DNA of 64,000 bases from Lingula anatina. Its lineage: Eukaryota > Animalia > Brachiopoda. A program made the position numbers and the translations under genes. The notes beneath the pieces are model-generated. The model searched no databases, was not told the DNA's origin, and was given only the letters and a program-made list of their open reading frames with translations. Below are positions 13,586 through 24,900 of this stretch, piece after piece. How positions within the stretch are numbered: position 1 is the stretch's first letter; every line of letters starts with the position of its first letter. Where the stretch lies: the NCBI GenBank assembly GCA_051362555.1, contig CM120640.1, positions 54,166,788 through 54,230,787 on the forward strand, written 5' to 3'.

Positions 13586-14690
13586 CATCCTAACCCATCT
13601 TTTCTTAATGAAATAATGTTCACTATTAAGATCATCTGCAAATGCCATAACTGAAGCCTCCTGTATAACTAAGGGGCAAGCTGAACTCTGGTAAAAAAGT
13701 ATCCTACATCCTATGGGAAATATCAAATTGGAATGTCTATTTTTTTGTCAGCTTGACCTACTTCTCTTCAAAAGCAACATAAAGACTTGTTAATTTATCG
13801 ACCTAAATATATGTATTGCACAAAAACTAAGAACATTTTATAAGTGAAAATGCATGCTTTTTAAAACTTGCTGAGCTGCTGAAAAAGTCTGCTATGATAT
13901 GAAATTCCCTGTCCAAAGTGTAGGTAGAATAAGTGACATTTGTGCAAATCACATACTGTTCTGAAATCAAAATGTAAACCTCTCCCAGAAGAACAGCAAA
14001 TCTCACCTCAACTTCTGGATACAATTTTCAAATAAACAATTCCAATTACTGACTGTCAACATGCACATTAAACACTTACTGGTATATCTAGTACGGTTAT
14101 TTTGATGCCCAGGTCCTGTAAAGTCACTAACAAGCAACTTTATTATGGAAACCATATTATGAAAAACGAATTACAGAAACCTACTGCGGCAATGAAATTT
14201 AAAATAAGGCCTTCTTCATTTCTTGACTTGCCGCCTGAAGTTACTACTTTAAGTTAATGTGCCACAGTGCCTACACTGTCAGTGTCACTGTCATCTGTGT
14301 ATTGATCTTATTCCACAACAAAAGGATACGCTATTTGACAATCCCCACTGAAAGAGAGAAAAAAGACCCGTTTATTTAAAATAAAAACGATATAGAAATT
14401 AAAAGACTGATATCAAAATGTTCTATTAGCTAGGTCACATATGACAAACTTGAACTTACCGCTGTTTCTAAATGTGATCTTGCGAGGTCAATGTTTTTTG
14501 TATGAGTGAAGAGGAGACCCCCAAGTTGTAATCGTGTCCTTGCCTCTATCCGAGGTGGAGGCTTTAAATTCAATATCGCTTGCAAGCAATGAATACAGAG
14601 CTTTATGTTTGGTGGATTAGAAGTCCTAAAGCTTTCTGCGATTCCTAGTAATGGTAGATAACATGGTTCTGGTTGAGATGCCGTCGCCAT
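7632..14690 (-). CDS. MAU2: MAU2 chromatid cohesion factor homolog (cohesin loader subunit Scc4), 17 coding exons
   Basis: Phase-consistent exons: 14460-14690, 14330-14347, 13354-13419, 12981-13076, 12135-12257, 11770-11925, 11309-11402, 10887-10960, 10596-10686, 10226-10407, 9964-10029, 9700-9827, 9339-9416, 8633-8744, 8289-8379, 7946-8073, 7632-7697 (TAG). Peptides match MAU2 as I recall it: [92 protein letters not shown]. Confidence 0.95.
12294..12371. repeat. (TG)n microsatellite, MAU2 intron 4
   Basis: Uninterrupted dinucleotide run. Confidence 0.98.
13420..14329 (-). other. U12-type (minor spliceosome) GT-AG intron, MAU2 intron 2
   Basis: 5' splice site GTATCCTTT (14329-14321); branch point CCTTAAC (13439-13433) 13 nt before the AG; no polypyrimidine tract. 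Confidence 0.9.
13524..13582. repeat. (CA)n microsatellite inside the MAU2 U12 intron
   Basis: Uninterrupted dinucleotide run. Confidence 0.98.
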
Positions 14691-14921
14691 TTTGCTTTCT
14701 TCCCGCTGGTGCCTTTCCGCGAAGTAGGGTGCGGTGCGGACTTGAACAAAGAAAAGAGATTAATCAATTACTATAAATAGTCTAACTTTGATTTTTGTTT
14801 TTTAATTATTTTCTTATATGCATTTTGCGTAGAATCTATGCCCAATTATTTACCAATGGTAAAAGAAATAAAACATATAGACCAATTACTAAAAAGTAGG
14901 TCATCAGCCTCTGAGAGAAAA
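14691..14921. promoter_or_regulatory. Putative bidirectional promoter shared by MAU2 and the epoxide hydrolase gene
   Basis: Divergent ATGs separated by 231 bp; locally CpG-richer; both starts lie in YY1-like contexts (CAAAATGGCG on -, AAAATGGCTG on +); TTCCCGC (E2F-like) at about 14700. Confidence 0.7.
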
Positions 14922-17900
14922 ATGGCTGCGCCCATGTGGAGATGGGCGGCTGTTTGCGGAGTATATTTAATAGCATTTTTCTGGGCTATTCCTGTCTTGA
15001 TGCGGACATTTTATATAGCGATAAGGAAGCCTAAACAGTTTTTTAGTCGTAAGAAAAGAGACATTAGGCCCGCTTGTCTGGATGATCCCAAACTGGGTGC
15101 TCACGGATTCGTTAGATTAAACTCGGAGTCAGAGGCGAGTTTCTGGGGGGTGGGGGTTTCTGGTTTGATAAATGACGCACCATGTTCAGTCAGATGTTAA
15201 TTTAACTTACGCTAACACTGCAAGTTTTTTATTCAAAATTTTGAACAAAGTCACATCACCTTCCAACATGCAGTATGTCATGATTAGGGTTAAAGAACTG
15301 GAGCCGGAGGGAGGGGAGGTAAAATGAAACATTTTAGCCACTTTTAAACCTCTTACAGTGGGAATTAAATTTCATATTTTAAATATGTATACCAAAGATA
15401 ATAAAACCTATAACCTATCATTTACTGTCAGAGTCAATTGTTTTTAAAAAATGTTCTCTACACTGGACTCAAAAATTGCAATTATTGTCCCAAACTGAGA
15501 AGTATCAGATCTTGAAAGACATAAATACAATGGGCATTGAATAATTTAAAAAAATCATGGACATTATTATTTTTGAATAGGACTCTTATAATTTCCCCAA
15601 TACGCCCTAATTATAAACAATTTATTATAATCTTATTTTATTTAAAGCATTGAATAATTGTGTAAATTTATATTTTATTGTAAAATTCCATTATTTCTAT
15701 TTGCATTCAACACTTGTATCATTATATTAAAAAAAAATAATGAAATGTATTAGAATTATGTGAGCAAATGTGTTAGAATATAATTGTTACGTCAAAAATT
15801 GCATTAATAAATGAAGTTTCATTCACTTACTGAAGTTGAACTTTTTATTCGGTTTTGTTTTAGGGTATCAAGATGCATTATGTTGCAAATGGAGGGGAGA
15901 ATATGCCCCTGATGCTTCTCTTGCATGGGTTTCCAGAATTTTGGTATTCTTGGAGGCATCAATTAAAGATATTCTGTCAGAATTACAGGTACACAATGCA
16001 TTTGCAAGGTCTGTGCATAATGTTAACTTGATATACATATTAATATTTGTATTTGTTCATTGTTTACAATAATAATGTTTATTTAATGAAACTGATAATA
16101 TATTTATTTGAAGTCTAAAACTCATTTAAAAATAAGTACTTAACACAATCACAGAGTTATATAGATAAAAACAGCCTAATTTTCACACAAAACCAATTAC
16201 AAGTAAGATTATCAATAATAAAATTCATAAAAAAAGATATATTTTTAACTCTATTTTAAAATTATTTGTGAATTTCAATTGGTAGCATCTTTCATTGCAA
16301 TGGACCAGATTTAAACGTGATTTACCCATAAGTTTAAACACACATTTTTATAACTTTCTGTTTCAGTAGTACATGAAGTTGATATACTGATCACAAATTT
16401 CTGGTAGGAACACTGTGGACAACTAGACTGTTTAAGGAAGTCACTTTATAATAAGGCAGCAATGCTGTTAAATGCACAGACATAAAGCAGAAAAAATCTC
16501 CATTTTCAACACTTTTTTACACAATACAAAATAACCAATTAACTGTCATTTTTATGTGATCAACGAAGAAATTTGTTGAGATGGGAAAAATATCAATAAA
16601 ATGTCCCATTTGCTCCATTCTGAGATTCTAAACACATTGAAGGATTGAATCTGACAAACTGCATTGATATGAGTTTATTTCCTTTTTTGACTCTTTATTA
16701 CATAATACACGATAACAGATTTACCATCATTTTTATATAATTGACTAAAAAAATTAAGATGCAGAAAATGCCAAAAAAACAACAGACACAGGAGACAGCT
16801 ATATGTGCAGGTGCAACTGTGGCTGTACATAAAGAGAATTGTGTACAAAAACTAAGAGTGCCATTCCAATTATTTAATATATTCATGTTAGTTTAGCCAA
16901 TGGGTTCCATTTCCTGACTACTCCTGTAGCAACAAAAATCTCTTGTTGCTGTCATCTTGCACTTTCCACATTAACACCATAAAAGTGAAACCATGCTACT
17001 TATTATTCTCAAACTTACAAGAATGGTTTTTAGGACTAAAGTACAGATAGAGTTAGACATGTGAATTTATAATGTTTCACATATTGGTAATTTTAATGTA
17101 TAACTTTGAACTGCCTATGGTCTAAAGCCCTAATGTTAGTTACGTTTTCTGAATGTCCACAGTAACAGTAGTACAAAAAATTGGTGGTAATTATGCTGGT
17201 CAGCATTATGTTATATACTACATCCAAATTAACAAAATTACAACAAGGACTCACTAAATCTAGTTCAAATAACTATTCTGACTAGATTGTTATTCTTTCA
17301 GTTTTTCTTTAATTGTATTTACAAATAACATTTGGGGCTTGGTGTCATATTTTGTCACTCTTTCACTTTTACGCTGTTAAAGGTTTTTATGTAGAAAATT
17401 ATATATGCCTTTTTTAACTCTAAGAAATGTTATATTTCTAGAGTTGTTGCTGTTGATACACGAGGATGTGGAGAAAGCGAACAACCAAAAGGAATTTACA
17501 GCTATGACTTGAAAAAGCTGAGAGATGACATCAAAGAATTAATATTATCTTTTGGTATGATAAGACACTTGAAAAGGTTTTGAGAAATTATTACCACAGC
17601 ATCTTCCACTGAAAATATTTGGATTGCCTTTTGATACATTCCCTATAACAACTAATGTCAGCTTCACATGGAAAGAAAGAAAGAACATCTAAAGCAATTT
17701 ATGATTTTTATATCATTTTATAAAATTTTCCACAGATTACACTATTTCTCACCATTATGTGCCTGTGTTGGTGATATCCAATTTTAATCATTTCAGTGCT
17801 ACTAATGTAGTTGTTAACATGCTTTATTCAAGTCACATAATCTGTTTGTTTTGACACAAAAATTGCCCTTATGCCTTTAACCAAGGCTTTTCCCAGTGAA

Positions 17901-19435
17901 CTGTCCAGTCGTCATTTGGACAGCTGCCAGCAACACTGGACAGCCTATTTTTTCAAAGGCAGCTGGAAAACTTATGGATTTTTTGTGGAAATATGATGGC
18001 TTTAGGCATACTTGGACTCCCTGAAATTTTGGTAATTTTGGACGGCCTGTACCCCAGTCCTGGGAAAAGCCCTGCCTTTAACTCATCTTACTTTTTAAAT
18101 AATTTTTTTACTAAATGATTACATTTTGACTGATATGATTAAAATTGAATAATTTGAAATAAGAAAGGACATTTAATCATTATGTTATGTACAAAATTGT
18201 ATAATGTTGATAAAAATTATTGACCTTTGCTCCATTTGAGATGTGATCACAATTTCTGTACGTCAGGTTACAATTCCTGCATACTGGTAGGACATGACTG
18301 GGGAGGAGCTATGGCATGGGCGGTGGCTGGCAAGTATCCTGAACTGGTGGATAAACTAATCATTATGAACTGCCCACACCCAGCTGTAATGGGACCTTAT
18401 TTGAAGACTCACTACAAACAGATGCTTAAGTCTTGGTAATGTACAATTCTTCTTCAAATTTAAATCTTTGAACATATGATATCAATAGTGCGATTTTCAT
18501 TTAGTAATCTTGTAAAGTTTGATCAGATCTTCCTTCCTTAATTTCATTTGTTGACCAGTTGGACATATTCTTGATGTTTCTCTCATGATCTCTGTATAGG
18601 TCCTGACATTTACTTTAAAAAAGGTGAAATTTAAATTGATGTTGTAAATGAGAGAAACCAAACATAGACAAGCTGTATAAAATTTAACATAAGTGGATTT
18701 GTTATGTTTTATAGGTACATGTTCTTTTTCTGCCTGCCTTATTTACCAGAATGGCTCTTTCTCAGCGGGGATCTAAAGATGATTGAAAATACTTTCTGTG
18801 GGAAGGTAATGGGAGCCAAACCTGGAGCTTTCACCCCAGAAGACATAGAGGCTTTTAAGTACACATTTTCTAGACCAGGTAAAAAGAAATTGATGTTTTA
18901 CAATATCAGTTGATACCAATAATATGGACAGGGGTTGTGGTACTTCTTACACATTAAGAACATGTTACATAGTTCAAATTGTCGTTTTTTTTTTTAACTC
19001 TGTTATTGTCCTACTGAGTACGTAGCAGTTGTGTTCAAATTGTGTAAAAAAAAAAGATGAATTCGTTTTTACAGTTACAGTTTGCTTCATTATTTCCAAT
19101 TATAACGGAAGTGGTTTCTTTTTAAGGTTAGATCACAACTGTCATTCAATACATTTTCTATAGGTACTGTTACCTGTGCCATGAACTATATCCGTGCAGC
19201 CATACTGGGTAAAATAGCAAGTGGAGGTTATGGCAAACCAAAGGCTTTAATTCAGGCCCCCACCTTAGTTATCTGGGGCACTAACGATGGTGCACTGCAG
19301 AGTGAGATGGCAGAATTGTCTGGTAAACACTGCAGGGATTTTACTCTAAAGTTCATAGAGGGAGCCAGTCATTGGGTACAACAAGATGAGCCAGACATAG
19401 TAAATCAGCACATCACTGCTTTTCTTGCCAAATAA
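14922..19435 (+). CDS. Epoxide hydrolase 3/4-like alpha/beta hydrolase with N-terminal membrane anchor, 6 exons
   Basis: Exons 14922-15134 (GC donor), 15864-15988, 17442-17554, 18267-18435, 18715-18878, 19164-19435. Motifs: LLHGFPEFWYSWRHQ (oxyanion hole), RVVAVDTRGCGES, GHDWGG (nucleophile Asp), WYMFFF, IWGTNDGAL, ASHWVQQDEP (catalytic His); hydrophobic N-terminus. Confidence 0.92.
16490..16790 (+). mobile_element. Internal fragment of family-2 element in EPHX intron 2
   Basis: Matches about 53345-53640 (CAATTAACTGTCATTTTTA, GAGATTCT, GATTGAATCTGACAAACTGCA). Confidence 0.65.
17882..18074. mobile_element. hAT-type MITE with 8-bp TSD in EPHX intron 3
   Basis: TIR CAAGGCTTTTCCCAG / CTGGGAAAAGCCCTG; TSD CCTTTAAC at 17874-17881 and 18075-18082. 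Confidence 0.85.
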
Positions 19436-19659
19436 GCAAATGTGATTTCAGTTGGGGGAAAAAAAACAGAAACAGACATGAAACATTGCCATTTTTAATT
19501 TGACCAGAAATATTCTTCAGTCACTGGGTACAAGATGAGCCAGACAGTTAATCAGCACATCATTGCTTTTCTTGCCAAATAAGCAAATGTGATTCAATTT
19601 GAGAAAAAAAAGACCCAAACAATTATGAAACGGTGCCATTTTGATTTGACCAGAAATAT
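19366..19659 (+). repeat. About 150-bp tandem duplication of the EPHX C-terminal codons, stop and proximal 3'UTR
   Basis: Copy 1 19366-19513, copy 2 19518-19659; shared CAAGATGAGCCAGACA, TGCTTTTCTTGCCAAATAAGCAAATGTGATT, TTTGACCAGAAATAT. Confidence 0.9.
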
Positions 19660-20721
19660 AGTTTTGACTTTGACTCTAAGTTGGAAAACCATGCACATTT
19701 GACATACTCATATAAATACCATCCTATACTACCCACTAACAGGGTGGCAGATTATAGATCATAATATAAGGAAAAATGGAAAAATCCACAGCCAAATGAA
19801 TGTCTATTTATCTAGAGACATATCTGTGAAAAATCCATCTGTTGCCCTGGTAGAGGGTAATCCTCTACCAGGGTCACGAAGATAAATATTTCACTAGATA
19901 TTTACATCTAATTATCTGTCTATTCACTAGCTGTGCACATTTCTATTATATGCAGCTAGGATTTTTGGATTGGGTTTTTATTTCTGCATAAGAACGTCAT
20001 CTGCCAGCTGATGAGAGCAGTAAACTACATACAACACAACCTTAAAATAGGGTATTGAATAGACAACTGCAAACAGAGGAAGCTTTAAGTGATATTCAAG
20101 AGGTATTTTTCCTTTTCATAAATATAATTAAAAGAAGACGTTTGTTGACAATCACAAACATTTTATTGAAATTCACTGGGAAGTTTGTAATATCACACAT
20201 ATTTAGTTATAGTTAATAAGATTTTTTTTTTCAATTTCATATGTATTCTTAACATTCTGGAAAACTACATACATTAAATTATGTCTCGGTAAATTGTAAA
20301 GACACATAACAGAACACATTGTTTGAACAAATCAAGATATTGCTCATTTTTTAAATGTTCTCATTTAAGTAAATGATCTCCATTATTTTGAAATAAATTA
20401 ATTTTTTTATGAAAATAATCAACTGATATTGAATTCCTTACATAACATGGTCCCCTATCAGACATAAATTTCCATCTCTCAAGTGTAGATATATTGTTCC
20501 CCGCCCTTCTAAAATAAAATCAAATAATGCAGACCTATTCCAGTTCCCAGACCCTGACCAATTAAAATCAATGAAATTTTCGTGCAGAATGTACTTTGCA
20601 TTATTGCAAATTTTCAAGTCTTTCAAAAATGTCACCGTCTATAAATGTGTTTCCACATTGTGTCTTTTATTTGTTTACATATGGCACCTAAAAACTTCCA
20701 TCTCTTAAAATCAATGAAGCA

Positions 20722-21931
20722 TCACTTCCTCCAATACTGAAAATTAAAGAAATTAAATTAAAATATAACTTTCAATTACGTGAGCCTTGAGCAGCAATTA
20801 GATGTACATGTAGTTTGACCAATTATATATCTGATATCATAACAATTTAATGTCAGTTTTGCCATGGTTCCATTATTCTGATATTCCTCTGTGGCAAAAT
20901 GATAACATTTAACATTAAAAATGTATAACAGTTGATAACACACTATCATCCAGCAAATTTCTTACTAATTTGGTTGTTCAGAATTGATCACAAAAACAAC
21001 ACATTCGGTAAGAAAACTGGGCAACCAAATTCTATTTTAGTTACCAAAAACCAATATATAGCACACAAGTTATTAACTATACCTGTGCCATTTTATGAAA
21101 CTGCTCCACAATCCCAGCCATGAAAGCAGACACACTAACATCAATCTCATTCTGTAAGTGGCGAACTGCTTCTTCATCAGACAGCTCCAGTTTGAATTTG
21201 TCTTGCACCTGGAATTTGTGAATAAAATTAAAAATGACAACAGCAATGGCACTTACAGACTATTTTCAAGTAGGAGCATATGTAACTAGTTAACTTTTTT
21301 CACTGCTCCCTCTAAATACTGCATACATTTTGTATGAAAAGATCATTGATTAACTTTAAAGGAGTATTACCTTTTTTACAGTCTTGTCGGGTTCCAGAGC
21401 TATGTCAGGGACATTGGCATGGATCATCAGTGAAAAAAGATTAAGAATCAAGTTTGCTGACCTGAAAGTTGTAATTTTAACTGTAAATGAGTTTCAAAAT
21501 ATGCACATCTTCACACTTTCTTCATCAATTACAAAACACTTTAAGGTAGTCACTCCAATGGCTTCAATACATAAACCTACAAATTGCATTTCCTATAGTT
21601 TTTTTCTTTTTTTTAATTCAGAGTAACATGCAAATGATTGCTTGACTTTTTATTGGGGATGAATTTACAAAGACTACACCAAGGTGTAGTTTACTAAGCC
21701 TAATGTGAAATGAGGCTTTTGACTTTTTACTAATTTGTGCATATAATTTCTCCACAATAATATGTTTTCTGAAGCCTGAACTGATTTCAAGCAGACACAT
21801 AAATATTTGAGAGAACATTTTACACTAATGGAAAAAGCCTATGGGAATACTTAATCCACAATGGAAATAACAAGTTCTAGGAAAACTCCCTTTCATACCT
21901 GCTGCATTATAAATTGGATACTTGAGAGCCA

Positions 21932-21962
<31 letters not shown>

Positions 21963-24900
21963 AAACCCACTGACTATCTATCTATCTTGGCTGCCATTAT
22001 TTCCTCACTTAGTGCTCACTTATTAATTTTCATTAAATATTTATTTCCTCACTTTTGTACACTTCAATGTACTTTGTTGTGATGCCATTTAGCTAATACA
22101 AAGTGTTTGAGGCTTGGGGATGGCATGAAGAAAATGAATCAATTTGTTCTCCTTTAAATAATTCACATTTAATTTGGAAAAAAGTATTTGCTTTGATTGT
22201 GAACATATTTCACATGGACAACAGGAAGATACAAATGGTAATATTGTTTTATGTGCACTGCTACATGCAAAATTATAGTAGCATGCTTGTTTCTCTTTTG
22301 AGCATATGTTCAGGACAAGAAAGGTCTTTTGACTATTCTTATAACTTGTTAACAAACTGATATACATCAAACAGAACACTAAAATATGCTGTGCTTGGTG
22401 CCTTTTAGTTCCTCCTTTTTTATTCCATGTATAAACTATAAGTGCCTTCACAAACAATTCCTTAAATGATAAGAACTGCTTCCTCTGGTCTCTTACAGAC
22501 AGAAAATGTGTCCAAATATCACTACTCAGTACCAAATTTTTTATTAAAATGATTTTTTTAATGATAGACAGGTGGTTAAATAACCCCAAATCCCACAAAG
22601 ACAACTCGTCCCTACAAGTCAAGCTGTTGCTAAAACATAGTAAGCCAGCCATCAACAACAATAATAGCAGTCCTCTTATGTATATAATAGACTGGTCATC
22701 AATATGGCAGCTGGATTGCTCTCTGGGGAAAGCCTTGTAAGAAACACAATATACAAGTTCCAAAAATTTTGAATGCTCAATTTATCAGAAATTCTGTGCA
22801 AAAGCTTTAATTACCTTCTTAAATGAAGAAAAGATGTATAACATAATGTTCTGAAATCTTCAAACTGTTTGCTGCTAGTGCCTCCCATTGCTTCTACCAT
22901 TTCCTTACTAAGTTTCATGGGAGGTGGAAATGGCTTAGGATCCCTTCCAAGTATATAGCCAAAATCAATATGGAACATCTTGCCTGAAACATTAGAGATG
23001 CTTTAAAATGTAGAGCATGAGGGAGAATCTAAATATACATCAGAGCAATTTAAAAAAAGTATCAGTCATGACGATAAGACAGTTTCAACATGTCTGTTTA
23101 GTAATTTAAGTACACTATTTTCCCCATTTATTCATTCATTCATTAAAATATTTTTAAAATTTCTTCATTAATTTCAGATAAAATCCAACTGGGCATTATT
23201 TTTAAGGTGCCCATGCAGCTAAAGATTTTTCCCTTGAAAATCTCATACTTAATGGATTTTCCCCAAAGTAAATGGTGTTTTTCACCAACTAACCAACCTT
23301 TGATCTTCCTTTCCTGTTAAGTTCAAGACAAATTTTTCATGCCTTTAAGTAAAAAGTACGTACACTTTGTCAATTAAAATTCTGAATCTAGCTACTTCAA
23401 TAATTGCTATATAAGTATGTGGTGTAGACTAATTTACTTTGGTATTACCTGATTTTGTGATCAGTAGATTGTCCAAGTGCCTGTCTCCAACACCCAGCAA
23501 GTAGGTCAAGACACAGTAGCCAGCTGAAACAGAATATATTCCTCTTTTTAAATAGAGTGCAAAGATTAAAACAAGCACATTCTTAGAAGTGAAAAAATTA
23601 TTTTAACTTAGTTTTTTTTAAGTCTCCTCCATACCACTAAACAAATTATACTAAATTTAAACAGATAATAATTCACATCATGCTAAATCCCATTATGCTA
23701 TGATTGTTATGAAAATATATGCACACACACCACAACTTTTAACATAGTTATCCATGACCTCATTGCGAATTCCATATGGTCCAGTTTCAAAAGGGGAATA
23801 CTTTCTAAGAAAGTTCTGAATGCTTCCTTCCGATGATAAAACAACTGCTACATTGGTGGATTCAACAATCTGAACAAAACCTAAAGAACATATAGATTGG
23901 TTGAATAACATATAAATTGAATGAATAAACCTAAAATAAAGAAGGTAGTCTATTTTTAATTTTTGAATTGCTTCTAAATTGAAAGCTATCATTTCCCATA
24001 AGTACTTCTGGAAAATATGTATACTGACAAAGATTCAAACAGTCAGTGTCAACTGGCAATATATAGAGATGACAGATGTTTATTGAAGGGTAAAAATAGG
24101 CCACACTTTTTTATTTTTATGGATGACATCCTCTGGGGACCCCGAAATCGGTGCGAGAGGGCGAAAAAAAAAAAAGTGCAAAAAAAAAAAAAAAAAAAAT
24201 GCTGCTTAAGTAAAGAATTGCCGTCAGTACACAGTTGGAAAACAAATTTACCACAGCAACACGTATCACAGAAACACGTAATAGAAAGGTAAAAAAAGAA
24301 CCACCCCTTTTGCTGGGAAAAGGTCCACTCTGGGTAAAATTTGATCTAGATACATTAAGTTTTTATGGAAAATGGTCCACTTTTTCAAAAAAAGAAACCC
24401 CCCTTTTGAAATTGCTGGCTACGGGCCTGCTAGACATGCTGCATATTACCCAATCTATTTAAGGTTATTTCATGCATTTTGTTGGTATAACAATCAATAA
24501 AACAAATATCAAACAAACAGCATGTCTTTATTTGTTTTCTCAGAATATTAAAGCATTATGAACACTACACAGAAATGTTACAAAATGAAGCAAAGATATG
24601 CTTAATACTACCAAATCTATAAAAGGTCATTTCGGTCGATGCCATTTGGTCTACTTCGACTCACACGAAGCAGCCAAACTGTCGGGTGGCCTGACCGACC
24701 TACAGCCCACCAAATACCTTGACGCCCTGTTAACCCTTTTTTCGCTACAAAAAACCTGGTATGTGCTGCTTTGGACAGAATGTCACTGAAATTTTCCGGG
24801 CGATAATTGCTGGCCACCGCCAGCCTTTCGCATAATTGTAAAAAAGTGGATATCTCCATGCCCAATATCAATGGCATAACAATCCAAAACGACGGCCCCG

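Noticed and set aside
12102-13726. HT- and CV-repeat ORFs
   Set aside because: Translations of (CA)/(TG) microsatellites in MAU2 introns.
14838-14921. Upstream in-frame ATG extending the epoxide hydrolase N-terminus
   Set aside because: Lies in the AT-rich middle of the shared promoter; the ATG at 14922 has a better context and directly precedes the membrane anchor. Not excluded without TSS data.
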